Shown here piece by piece: positions 10,149 to 20,000 of a stretch of DNA of 20,000 bases (its first letter is position 1; each line of letters opens with the position of its first letter). The stretch comes from Catajapyx aquilonaris (Eukaryota): positions 50,879 to 70,878 of the forward strand of contig KZ538520.1 of NCBI GenBank assembly GCA_000934665.2, written 5' to 3'. The translations under genes were made by a program, and so were the position numbers. The notes beneath the pieces are model-generated. The model saw nothing but the letters and a program-made list of their open reading frames with translations. It ran no database searches and was not told the origin of the DNA.

Positions 10149-11030
10149 GTAAATGAATCTTCCACAGGTGAAGATGGAAATGGAGCTGTTGATGGCCAAT
10201 TGCAGGTACGTGGTGGCCAAGGACAGGTAACGCCTACACAGCAGCAAGGAGGGCAGACGGTACCAACAGGTAGGCAACAACCACCATCCCAGAAGAAGTT
10301 TAATAAACCAGCGGGAGCGAAAACTGAGTATGACGGAAATGCCACCGGTGGAGCTGGCCCACACAACTCGGGCTCTGATTCCACGTCGCCCCAGCACCAC
10401 CAGTATTTAGGAGACCCAACAGGAGCTGTGCCACCCCTGCCCGAAATTGACACTGACCTTTGCTTGCTCCCAGACTCACTCACCCAGGACGATGTGGATA
10501 CTTTTCGCAGTATGTATGGAGACCATTGTGAATCGCTCCTAGAAGCAGTGACCGCACTCAAGTTTACCTCGGTGGAGCAGCTTTGGCGCCAGTTCTGGCG
10601 GGGCCCCAATAACAACAAAAACAGTGAGTCCGAGTGTGAAAAGGCACTCCCAAAAGCAAAGCTCTACATGTTGTGCAAGCTGGAGCCAGTGCAGAAATTT
10701 GTTCGGTCCGTTGACTACCAGTTCTACCAGAACTTGGTGGATGTTTTGATAGCAGACGTGTTGAGGCCCATCCCCAGCGCCCTGGCGCAGGCCATCAGCA
10801 ACTTCGCCAAGCGGCTGGAGAAATGGATGAATTCAGCCATGAAAGGGAGCCCAAAGGATATGTTGCAGGTGAAAGTGTCAGCTGTAAGTGCATTTGCGCT
10901 GACGCTCCAAAGGTACACCTCCCTGAACGACATGGCCCAGGCAGCCAGGGCCATCCTTAAGAATGCCACCCAGATCAACCAGATGGTTGCTGACCTTAAC
11001 CAGGTTGATTTCCCTAACGTCCGGAAGCAG
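10149..11030 (+). CDS. Rfx: RFX exon: linker, domains B/C and start of dimerization region
   Basis: Acceptor ttccag| and donor CAG|GTATGT, 882 nt, phase 0/0. Motifs LWRQFW, DVLRPIPS, NFAK, RYTSLN..AQAARA, QINQM..DLN.VDF. Confidence 0.95.
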
Positions 11031-11343
11031 GTATGTCATGCTTTTCTGTAATTGTGCATACAGGAAGATGAGAGGAAACCAACAAAATTGCAAGGCATCA
11101 GATTTTCTCCATTTCTGTCAACCTGCTTGTAATTAACAAGAAATATGAAGCAGGCTGGAATATGCTTGCATACTTATGACAACATAATGGTTGTCTGTTG
11201 CCTCAAGTAGTAAGTTACATAAGATGACAATCACCTAGTGAATTTTAGAGTATTTAGACAGTACCGGTATTAAAAGAGTTATATGTAGCAAATGAGATAG
11301 TGCTACCATAATGGTGTCTAAAGGGCACTCTGGGACTTTGCAG

Positions 11344-11546
11344 GCCTCATGGATCTGCCAGTGCAAAGAAGGCCTGTTGTCCCATCTGGAGGCAGACTTC
11401 CAGGTGACATTAAAACAGCAGAAGTCCCTGGAGCAGTGGGCTGCCTGGCTGGAAGGAGTTGTCAACCGGGTGCTCAAGCCGCATGAGGGCAAACCTGACT
11501 TTGGCAGGGCTGCCCAACAGTTCCTGCTCAAGTGGTCCTTTTACAG
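11344..11546 (+). CDS. Rfx: RFX dimerization-domain exon
   Basis: Acceptor ttgcag|. Translates ASWICQC...SLEQWAAWL...FLLKWSFY. Donor AG|GTACCG, phase 2. Confidence 0.94.
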
Positions 11547-11642
11547 GTACCGGTATTGTTCTGTTTCAGTAAATCTAGGATATGAACAGCTTGAAGAGGA
11601 TGGGGAGATTAATGCAATTTGCTTCTTTCTTTTATTCAACAG

Positions 11643-11796
11643 CTCTACGGTCATAAAGGACTTGACGCTGCGCAGCGCTGCAAGCTTCGGGTCCTTCCAC
11701 TTGATCCTTCTTCTGAACGACGAGTATATGTGTTACCTCATAGAGCAGAGGGTAGCCTCAGCCACCGGGGAGATACCCATCATGGTCATGAGCGAG
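11643..11796 (+). CDS. Rfx: RFX dimerization-domain exon
   Basis: Acceptor ttcaacag|C completes the Ser codon. Translates DLTLRSAASFGSFHLI...DEYM...GEIPIMVMSE. Donor GAG|GTGAAC, phase 0. Confidence 0.94.
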
Positions 11797-12175
11797 GTGA
11801 ACCACATGCAATACATTTGTTTTCATGATTAAGGTGTCAGGCTGGTTTGTATTATTCCATCATAGAGGCCCGGGTATTGAACTGTTGATTAATAGCTTAT
11901 ATGCATAATTTGTACTAGTTAGTTAGCTTGTTATGTGGCAATCAAATATTTAGGTATCTAATTAAACAATGGGAAGTTTTTTCAACCCGACTTTGGAAAA
12001 GTAAGTCTGTTTTGGAGAATTACAAACTGCAGTTTATACAAGGCTATTAAAGTGGGAACAACCAGGAATAAGCTTTGATATGCGGCCACATTTTAGTTTA
12101 ATTTATATTTTATATTTATTTTAGTCCAATTCGCATGTTATTTTATCAATTTTAACACTTTGCCTTTTTGGTCAG

Positions 12176-12374
12176 AAACCTCGTGAGATTCTTATGCCCC
12201 TGCCGCCATCCCCTTCGTCCCTGGGCAGCATTAACGGCAGGGGCGTCATGTCTAACCAACCACCACCAGCATCACCAGCAACTACAGCAGGACCAGAAGA
12301 TGGTGATGATTGCCATACCATTGCCTGAAGGCAGTGGTGAGTCACCGACTGCAAAGCGGCTCAAGACCAGCTAA
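12176..12374 (+). CDS. Rfx: Probable terminal Rfx exon (5' boundary and frame uncertain)
   Basis: GC-richer segment after acceptor ttttggtcag|. One frame ends ESPTAKRLKTS* (basic NLS-like tail resembling RFX C-termini). AATAAA at 12513-12518. A direct phase-0 join to 12176 instead gives a different frame ending ..DDCHTIA*. Confidence 0.55.
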
Positions 12375-12512
12375 CATCCCAAGGAGCTTTGTTACTCCCG
12401 CCTGTCCTCATCCTCGTGTTTTGTTCCCCCACGTACTGGTATACCATTTCCAGTTGAGTTTGTTTGAGTAGCCATGCGTGTGATGGGTTTTCCTTGTGAA
12501 GACTGGCTTGTA

Positions 12513-12518
12513 AATAAA
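12513..12518 (+). promoter_or_regulatory. Candidate polyadenylation signal
   Basis: AATAAA ~140 nt after the TAA at 12372-12374, followed by T-rich sequence. Confidence 0.35.
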
Positions 12519-12582
12519 TTCTTCTTTTTAAAGTCCATTCAACGGTCCATTCGACGGTGTGATTCACTGCATGCGAGGGGGG

Positions 12583-12622
12583 GAGAGAGACGGGNAGAGA
12601 GAGAGAGAGAGAGAGAGAGAGA
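12583..12622. repeat. (GA)n microsatellite containing an N
   Basis: GA run with an ambiguous base at 12595. Confidence 0.95.
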
Positions 12623-13526
12623 TCTCAAACCATACCTACTCTATCTCCTCTCTCCACCTATTTCCTAATTATTGTTCCCACAATTTTTTAAAAATAACAT
12701 AATATTTTACGACCAAGCACGTTAGATCGGTTGAAATCAGTTTCCAATGATTGTTGGAGTTGTCCGGAACAGCCTATTCCGTAGCATTATTCACCTATTA
12801 TGTGACCTCTTTTAAAATGCAGATCGGGGCCATTAATTGTTTGATGGAGTGGAAGGAGTGGCAGTTCTCAGCAGGTGTGAGTGACAAAAGCATTTGACTT
12901 AAACAAAGAGTATGTGTTGTTTTGTGCTGCGGGACAGGTAATTATTTTTTTTTGTAACTTGAGGAACATTTGAGGCGAAAGTGCAAATAATTTGCAGATT
13001 TGGGCACTAAATATGTGCCTCATTTTGGGCACACTGAAGTATTTAAGGGGCGATAGCCCCTTAGTAAGACCGTAGCATAGATTTCAACAATGAATTTGTT
13101 CAACATCTTGTTACGCTTTTTTTATTCGCCCTAACTCAAGTTCTGCTGTAGGTAGAGCTTCCAAATTTTGAACACAGATGCCCACCGTCGTGAAGTGCAT
13201 TCCTACTACCATTTACAGCTAAACTCAATTCCTCTTCAAAACGCCGCAAAAAAAATGAAAAAGACGTTTCTATTTATTTGCCCAATAACTATTCGGAATT
13301 TGGTTTCTTCATCAAAGGGCCGAATGCGCAGTAGGATGGTGCGGATCTATGTTCAAAACCTCGCACTTCCACCTGCTGCAGGATTGAAGTTCTGATTTTT
13401 TTTACGTCAAATACTTCATTTGTTCGTGATTCCATCGCCTAGCAATGTCAATTCCTATTTACACCTCGCCATATTGTTAGGGAAATGTTACCCTGCTGCT
13501 CTGGAGTGAACGGATTGTACTTATTA

Positions 13527-13890
13527 CAGTTGAATCCGGATATAACAGCCTCGGATATAACATACTTGGTTATAAAGGCCGTCCCGGCATGCTTCCATTA
13601 GGCACTGTGTATATTTGCACTCCTGATGTAACAGACTCATTTTCACCTCACCTCCGGTATAACAGACCATTTCCTGGACCCTCGGTGGGAAAATATTGTT
13701 TTCCAGGTATGCACAAAGGAGACGGCAGAAGGAAATTTCGGATATTTTGGTCCTGCATAATTTTCGGGTGAGCCAATATTGCATTTGTGACAGATTTCAT
13801 TAATCGGTATGTAGTCTAGTAGTGCATAGTACAGCCACATTGAAAGCGGAAATTTATGTTTTCGTTGCATGACGATTCGGCTATAACATC
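13527..13890. mobile_element. pogo/Tigger-type MITE, left part only
   Basis: TA|CAGTTGAATCCGGATATAAC terminus with repeated CGG(A)TATAACA motifs. No matching right TIR found, so the right boundary is approximate. Confidence 0.65.
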
Positions 13891-14361
13891 GCCAGGTAAT
13901 ACCGGCCAACTCTTAAGCTGATTTAATTATGAAATTATGTTCCAGTATGCGGAATATCTACCTTGAGAAATGTGCCAGACCAATATTTGCTGCAATCGTT
14001 GCATTTCGCGAAAATTAAATAAGTTTGGGAGTTTTCAGATGTGACAGAGGCAAGCCCCACATAGTATTGATTTAATTCTTGGAAAGTTCCACGATTTCAG
14101 TAAATTCGGCTGGTACGGTTCTCAATGTATATATTACGTATATTTTAGCGTATATAGGCTATTTCATAATAATTAAATCAGACTAACCGTTGGCTGGTAG
14201 CACTCGACTTTCGTTTTTTTTACGACTATCGCTGTGAAAATAATTTTAGGGACTTCTAAGCGACGAAAATCGTCTCCAATGCATTCATAGTGCAGACTGT
14301 ATAGTGTAGATCAGCTGGTGTAGAGCATAAGTTATGTGTACTGTCAAAAAAGGACTGAAAT

Positions 14362-15145
14362 TAGATCAAAAACTTTCCCTTCAGTAAAAAAAATAGAAGT
14401 AAGACCTCCGCGGCGGAATGAAGGTACTGAAACAAGGCAGGCGCACGTAAGACCTTCACCAATTGATTTAAGCTGTACCATAGGTCTTACTCAAGCAATT
14501 CTCAAGTACTGTATGGAACGGCTCGTAAAAATTACTGCTGCTAACTACTCAGAGCAGTAGGTTTATTATGAAAATAAAAAATTGGGGAAAAACTAAACCC
14601 ATTCTAACAGACTTGGTCCAATCGAAAAAGACCCTCTAAAATTCACCAATTAGCGTTTATATGTGAAAAATTAAACGTTAGAGTTAAAATCAGCATCTAA
14701 ATGAGGTGACGATTCTGCATGAATGTTTCATGGCAATAATTCACACTAATCGCATATAAATTCAATGTGCTTTTGAAGTTCCTAATGTCATAAAACACTA
14801 CTATGGAGTGGCTCATGGAAAATTAATGGGTGGAATTTTCGTCGTACTACTATTATTACTATGAACTATAGGTCTGTAGTTACTGCTAACTTATAGCAGT
14901 ACCATTGCACTACACTGGTACTGCTAAGTTAGAAGTAACTAGTAGTACGACAGAAATTCCACAAATTTGTTTTCAGAAAGGAGATTTCATGAATAGTAAA
15001 TTGGTAATTGCTTGAGTAAGACCTATGGTACAGCTTAAATCAATTGGTGAAGGTCTTACGTGCGCCTGCCTTGTTTCAGTACCTTCATTCCGCCGCGGAG
15101 GTCTTACTTCTATTTTTTTTTACTGAAGGGAAAGTTTTTGATCTA
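14362..15145. mobile_element. Foldback element with ~139-bp near-perfect inverted arms
   Basis: 14362-14500 is the reverse complement of 15006-15145 apart from one base in an A/T run. Three GTAAGACCT motifs per arm. Confidence 0.9.
14830..14962. repeat. Nested imperfect hairpin inside the foldback spacer
   Basis: Outer arms GTGGAATTT..GTCGTACTACTA and inner arms AGTTACT.CTAACTT..AGCAGTACCA. Confidence 0.75.
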
Positions 15146-15230
15146 TTCAGTTTACACCAGTGGATAAGAAAACACAGCTTTTACCTGAACCTAGAATAGT
15201 CATATTGTAGTTTGGGGTACTATAATTATA

Positions 15231-15352
15231 TGGGGCTCAAATTCTTTTGGCCACTTCGCAACCCTTCGCACAGGCCCCATGGTGAGCAAGTGTGTATGTG
15301 TGAAGGGTTGCTTCAAGACTAGGATAAAGTGGCCAAAACAATTTGAGCCCCA
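15231..15352. mobile_element. Tc1/mariner-type mini-MITE (122 bp)
   Basis: TA|TGGGGCTCAAATT(C/G)TTTTGGCCACTT TIRs|TA, plus inner IR GCAACCCTTC/GAAGGGTTGC. Confidence 0.8.
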
Positions 15353-15818
15353 TATGGCATATTGACACATTCCAAGGGAACAAGATGTGTTTGCAAGTGA
15401 AGCTATTTTTATATTGCATTTGGGTATGTGCAATTATTTTTCTCATGCTAGATGAAGGTATAGTCATGCACATTTTGGAACCAAAGATTTTTTCTACTCG
15501 TACTTAATAAGTGTAATGGTAATGCTGATTTTTGTTTTTTGATGAAGATTGTGGTGTTACTAGCTGATTTTCTTTTCACCCATTGATGCTCGTTTGTTGT
15601 TCCTTAAGAGAAAGAGAATAAAACAGGGGAAAAAAAACATGGCTGCCATTATCATCATTATCGTTGTGATTATTCGTAGAGTAACTTGGGCACTTTCCTA
15701 GTCCGAGTCATTTGCATAAAATAATTATGAAAAAACCGAAAAAAACAGCACCATTGTTGCCTAAAAATTTTCTTCCCCCACCCAACTAGAAAGAAAAAAG
15801 ACAAACAAAAAATAACTA

Positions 15819-16388
15819 CAGTAAAACTTCTTAAGTCGAACTTCCCTAAGTCGAAGTTCTCTATAAGTCGAAGAAAATGATGAGCTTGGTTGGTCACAAT
15901 GTAAAATAATAGGAAATTAACTTCCGCAACTCGAATTTCTATAACTCGAAGTGCTGGCAGGGCCTTACGATGCGATATCGATGCATTTTCAGTCGAAGTT
16001 CATGTTGGCGAGTACGGAAAATTTTCTCATTTCCCAGCCGAAGGGTCTAGAGTAGGCCACATGTACAGAATGGCTTGATTTCCTCATCTCCAGACGTATA
16101 CCGAAAGAAGTGTTTGACTCGATTGTGACAATTGAATCCTTGAATCTATAAGAGTAGGCAAATGTCCATAACAGAGATTTTTTTACAACAAAACAACGAG
16201 GAACATTGTAACTGAGATGGTGACAGTTATGTTTAAGTTTTGAACACCTTTCGTCGCTGGGTATAAAGGTAGGCTTCCTTATAGAGTTAAGTGCTTTAAA
16301 AAAATCCAAACTTCTCTAACTCGATTCTTCTATAACTCGAAGTTTTTTTCCCGGTCCCATGGAGATTCGACTTATGGAAGTTTTACTA
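15819..16388. mobile_element. pogo/Tigger-type MITE (570 bp)
   Basis: TA|CAGTAAAACTTC..TAAGTCGAA left TIR, matching right TIR TTCGACTTATGGAAGTTTTACT, multiple TAA(G/C)TCGAA subterminal repeats and CGGTCCC motif. Confidence 0.88.
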
Positions 16389-16535
16389 AAGGGTATTTTG
16401 TTTGCTAAACAAACCACACAAAAAACCAATCCAAGAATTTGCGAGCTTCAAATCATCTGCTTTAACTTATTGTCATAAAATAAAGGAAGGGAGATGTCAT
16501 GGGTGTAACAATTACTATTGAAGATCATGAAAGCG

Positions 16536-16538
<3 letters not shown>

Positions 16539-16582
<44 letters not shown>
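16539..16582. repeat. (GA)n microsatellite
   Basis: ~22 perfect units. Confidence 0.98.
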
Positions 16583-16586
<4 letters not shown>

Positions 16587-16716
16587 CTTTCCAACCTTTT
16601 GCTCAAAAATCCATCCATCCATATATTTATAAAGTGAAAAAAGTGTGTCATTCAGGGCTATAGAGAGAGGGAAGTATGAGTATGTGTGAATTTGTGGACA
16701 TCTGCGGACCTTATTT

Positions 16717-16793
16717 GTGGCGTCCAAAGGCAAAAGGCAGTATCTGCATGGACCCGCAATGTCCAGATACTGCCTTTTGCCTTTGGACGCCAC
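16717..16793. mobile_element. 77-bp mini-MITE with 4-bp TSD (Sola1-like)
   Basis: 30-bp perfect TIRs GTGGCGTCCAAAGGCAAAAGGCAGTATCTG, 17-nt spacer, ATTT on both sides (AWWT-type TSD). Confidence 0.8.
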
Positions 16794-17018
16794 ATTTTTT
16801 CGAGGCCGTGCAGAGCATGAATTTGAAAAAAAATATGTGGGCTGGGTTAAGACAGCCATTGGTGTTCATAGAAGAAGAAGAGAGAAAGAAAGTTTTTCCA
16901 TCATGTCTCCGTTGAGGGATAAAACGCACATGATGGTATTTGTGTATGTGCTCTGGTCTCGCATAGGGTCTGGGGACCAAGGTTAGTGTTTTGACTGTAG
17001 CTCTGGGGCTATGCTCCA

Positions 17019-17097
17019 AATTGTGGGGACATTTCGCGTCCCCACAGCAAAAACGCCTGGTGGGATACTGCTTCAGTGGGGACATGTCCCCACAATT
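17019..17097. repeat. Short inverted-repeat cluster (GTGGGGAC/GTCCCCAC x4)
   Basis: AATTGTGGGGACAT...ATGTCCCCACAATT with internal copies. Confidence 0.7.
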
Positions 17098-17137
17098 CCG
17101 TTATGTAGGGTTTTACGAAAGTCAATTTTTCTCAGTC

Positions 17138-17194
17138 TAGGATAGGTAGGGTACGATAGGGTAGGATAGGTTAGGTTAGGTATGGTTAGGTTAG
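17138..17194 (+). repeat. Degenerate (TTAGG/ATAGG)n pentamer run
   Basis: TAGGATAGGTAGG...TTAGGTTAGG. Confidence 0.8.
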
Positions 17195-17287
17195 ATCAGC
17201 AGTTTACACTCGCTTCGAAAATGTGTGTTTTTCTCGCCCCCACAGCCAATTGGATCTCTGATTGGGGGTGTGGGGGGGGGGGCATTG

Positions 17288-17729
17288 CTATCCTTGTGAG
17301 GTATTATTTACGCTTTTTCCTATCCTTGTGAGGAATTTTGTCATTACGAGGCAGTTTTCCTGCACCTCATAGTGAACACACGCCTCACAAGGATAGGGAA
17401 AAATCGAAAAAATCTCTATCTCTATAAATAAGAAAGTTTGTCAATTTGTCAGTTTGTTTGTCCCTTAAAGAAATCCGGGGGAATGCCCCTACACCGCCTT
17501 AAATTAGCATATCGGGAGTTACATTTTTCAAGGAATTTAATGCCGCATGTTTCAGCTTCCGAAAATGTACCTAACACCCATAACACGCATATTCCCAATT
17601 AACCAATTGCAAATTACCTATTTAACAATATTCATAGATTTCCATGGTAATGCCCTCATTACATTGTAGGCCTACCACCATAACTTACCCGGGCAACGCC
17701 GGGTAACCTGCTAGTACCTCATAAAGACA
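17288..17729. repeat. Inverted-repeat element (CTATCCTTGTGAGG x2 per arm) whose right arm is split by the Helitron
   Basis: Left copies 17288-17301 and 17320-17333. Inverted copies 17383-17396 and 17717-17729 (degenerate). Confidence 0.7.
17413..17714 (+). mobile_element. Complete non-autonomous Helitron (302 bp)
   Basis: A|TC 5' end (TCTCTATCTCTATAAAT..TTTGTTTGT), 3' hairpin TTACCCGG-GCAACG-CCGGGTAA (17685-17706), CTAG|T end, no TSD. Confidence 0.9.
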
Positions 17730-17785
17730 GTAAAAATATATTTCACCAAAATTTCTAGCTAGGTTAGGTTTAAATTTTAAATCGT

Positions 17786-17829
17786 AGCCAGCTTTCCGTC
17801 CGGTGACTGCCAGCTTTCCGTCCGGTGAC
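17786..17829. repeat. Tandem duplication of GCCAGCTTTCCGTCCGGTGAC
   Basis: Two adjacent 21-bp copies (period 22), followed by GATCGGACC x2. Confidence 0.85.
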
Positions 17830-18386
17830 CGATCGGACCAGGATCGGACCCATGTGAAGTAAATATTTTCAAATATCCCCATTTACGGCTCTTTTGGCAG
17901 GTGGAAACAGGATACCCGGTTTCTTGTGACAAAATCATGGTGACTTTTCCGGTCATTTCAGCAGCCTGTGCTTCACTTTTTCGATTATTTCTCTATATAA
18001 AGGAAGTCATCTATCACTCTATTGGTCCAAAACACTTGGTGCAGGAATCCTGACTATTAATCTCGATGTGCTGCAGAGGGCCTTCGATAATAAGTCGAGT
18101 GCTTGTGACGGTCGTTGAAAGTCAAGTAGCCTACAGCATTTATTGCGAATAGTCCTACATTCCCATGAACTAAGGTAGCGGTTTTAAATCATACATCATG
18201 TATCTCCTGTAGATAGAGTAGGAAGAAAAATGCAGTCGATTCTTTGGGCGGACTACCCAATGAAACATCTATACTGTATATCGTCGTTAATGCAGAAAAT
18301 CGTTCAATATATTGGATTTACCCCATCTTTACTCTGATTTTTTTGAGAAAATATAATTTTTCTTCCTTCCGAGAATTCATTCCTTT

Positions 18387-18389
<3 letters not shown>

Positions 18390-18419
<30 letters not shown>

Positions 18420-18580
18420 CGACATTTCCCTGTGAGGGGTAGTCAGCGATGAAGGGAGACATAAGCTAACCCAACATATGAACTCAATTAAAACCTGTGA
18501 AAATAAAACCCGTCCCACACCCCGCCCCTGCCCATCTCAGACGACAGACACTGAATATTACATTTAATATAACACTATTG
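18390..18580 (-). mobile_element. 5'-truncated retroposon 3' end with (GTT)n tail
   Basis: (CAA)n at 18388-18419 on +. 11-bp TSD ATTCCTTTACA (18379-18389 / 18581-18591). Homologous to 7627-7950. Confidence 0.75.
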
Positions 18581-18649
18581 ATTCCTTTACACTAGCATTA
18601 AATGCATTTTCTTTGATTACATCAGTATTTTATTAAAACACAAGACGTG

Positions 18650-18722
18650 TGCTGGGGGCCAGTGGGGGGCGCCGGCAATACTTGCCTTGCCCCGGGCGCT
18701 GGCAACCCACGATACGCCACTG
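18650..18722. mobile_element. Solo right end of a hAT-type element
   Basis: GC-rich subterminal region ending TACGCCACTG (reverse complement CAGTGGCGTA). No partner TIR seen. Confidence 0.6.
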
Positions 18723-18758
18723 GTTGGAGACTAATATTATGTATGAGTAATAAAAATT

Positions 18759-19086
18759 GGGGAGGTGTGGTGGCCGTGATGGTAATGTCACGGCGTGCTG
18801 AGTGAAAGGCCCCAGGTTCGATTCCCGCCTGGGGAACTTTCCTTTCACCTGCGTCAGGAGGGTCTCTGACCTGCACCAAGGAGGTGTCTGGCAACCTAAC
18901 CTCCTGGGGGACAGCACATGACCCCTTTACCGACATTGCACTTGCACCGCATGTTCCCTCCCCAAAAATCCCTATCCCTATACCCTACATCCTTGTCTCC
19001 TTGCACCGGTGTATGAAGTTAAGGAGTGAAAATGGTGGTATCCCACCCCCCTAAAAAGGCCCTTATCACGGGGTAACGTAAAAAAA
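18759..19086 (+). mobile_element. tRNA-derived SINE, second copy of the 7211 family
   Basis: A box TGGCCGTGATGG, B box GGTTCGATTCC, shared body (CACCTGCGTCAGGAGGGTCTC...ATCACGGGGT), approximate TSD TAATAAAAA(A)TT. Confidence 0.9.
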
Positions 19087-19719
19087 TAATAAAAAATTAT
19101 ATTGCCTATGTGTGTGAATCGTATGGAAAATTCCTACTGAATCCGCAGTGCAAATGTTATCCTGGGAGGCTGGCTTCCTGCGTTTCAAGAGAGTCGCAAG
19201 GGTAGCTCTTAACAGTCAGGATAACATTCTGTACTGTTGGTTGTACTGTAACGTACTGTACAGTACTTGAGATCTAACCAGGGATGATCTCACTACATGT
19301 TTCAGCTAAAGTCACTTAATTATCCAACACACTTACAGTACCTACAAACCATGTAAAACATTTAAAACATAACTGTGTAAATGTTGCTTTGTACCATAAT
19401 AAGATAACTTCAAATTACGTTGTCACAATTACTTGTTTTACCATCACTTGACAACTGAGGAGCAAAACATTTGAATGATTTATGCAGAGAAATGTGTACG
19501 ATGGAACATATATCATGCTGCTAGTATACAATTAACAGTTTTGCTACGTGTGGCAGAAACACCGAATAATCTCCACCTGATTATAGATTTTTGTAATGGG
19601 AAATTTTCCATTATCATTCCCATTCATTTCAGACATGCTTCACTGTATTATCATTATGCCTTTGATCGGATTTATTTTTGAGCTCACTGCTAACAAGCAA
19701 ACCTCCTAGGTGTGGGGAT

Positions 19720-19930
19720 CTACTTTTTGCTGAAACTTTCAGGAATGATTAAGATTAGCTTCAGGATCACTCTGGCATAGTCCAAACCTCTGTAAAATTC
19801 CCAGAATCCTCAGAAATTAGCTCCAAACCTAATAATTGTGGGACGCTACTTTTTGCTGAAACTTTCAGGAATGATTAAGACTAGCTTCAGGATCACTCTG
19901 GCATAGTCCAAACCTCTGTAAAATTCCCAG
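19720..19930. repeat. 126-bp-period tandem repeat (two 85-bp cores)
   Basis: 19720-19804 and 19846-19930 differ at one base. Confidence 0.9.
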
Positions 19931-20000
19931 GAGCCCCAAATATTTGGTCCGAATTTGCAACCTTTTTGTATAGCGCCTTTCCCAATGCTTGACCTTCCGC

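Noticed and set aside
12595..12595. N within the GA repeat
   Set aside because: Assembly ambiguity or possible join, not biology. Contiguity across it should be treated with some caution.
17138..17194. Telomere or interstitial telomeric array
   Set aside because: Short and degenerate, embedded among TE-like inverted repeats.
17638..17651. X-box-like ATTTCCATGGTAAT (also GTTTCATGGCAAT near 14725) as RFX autoregulatory sites
   Set aside because: They mismatch the terminal GT/AC consensus and lie in TEs, so they are expected by chance.
19720..19930. CRISPR-like repeat-spacer pattern
   Set aside because: Only two 85-bp repeats, eukaryotic context, no cas genes.

Overview
Eukaryotic, repeat-rich genomic DNA. 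It is probably arthropod/insect, inferred from the Rfx protein and the TE types. The one clear host gene is a + strand, intron-containing RFX1/2/3-class (Rfx/daf-19-like) winged-helix transcription factor. Its exons are about 5337-5441, 9422-9667, 10149-11030, 11344-11546 and 11643-11796, plus an ambiguous last exon ending at about 12374. The protein is open across ~530 codons but carries many substitutions at normally invariant positions, suggesting a divergent paralogue. A CpG-rich candidate internal promoter/alternative first exon lies at ~5560-6002. The rest is a dense patchwork of mobile DNA: tRNA-derived SINEs of at least four families (several with target-site duplications), Helitron pieces, many MITEs/foldbacks (Tc1/mariner-pogo, hAT, Sola1-like, P-like, MULE-like), 5'-truncated retroposon tails and microsatellites. 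I see no evidence for a CRISPR-like or other wholly new multi-gene system. The most interesting signals are the divergent Rfx, its unusual splicing options, and ultra-minimal or nested transposon derivatives. All family assignments come from remembered consensus features, not database searches.
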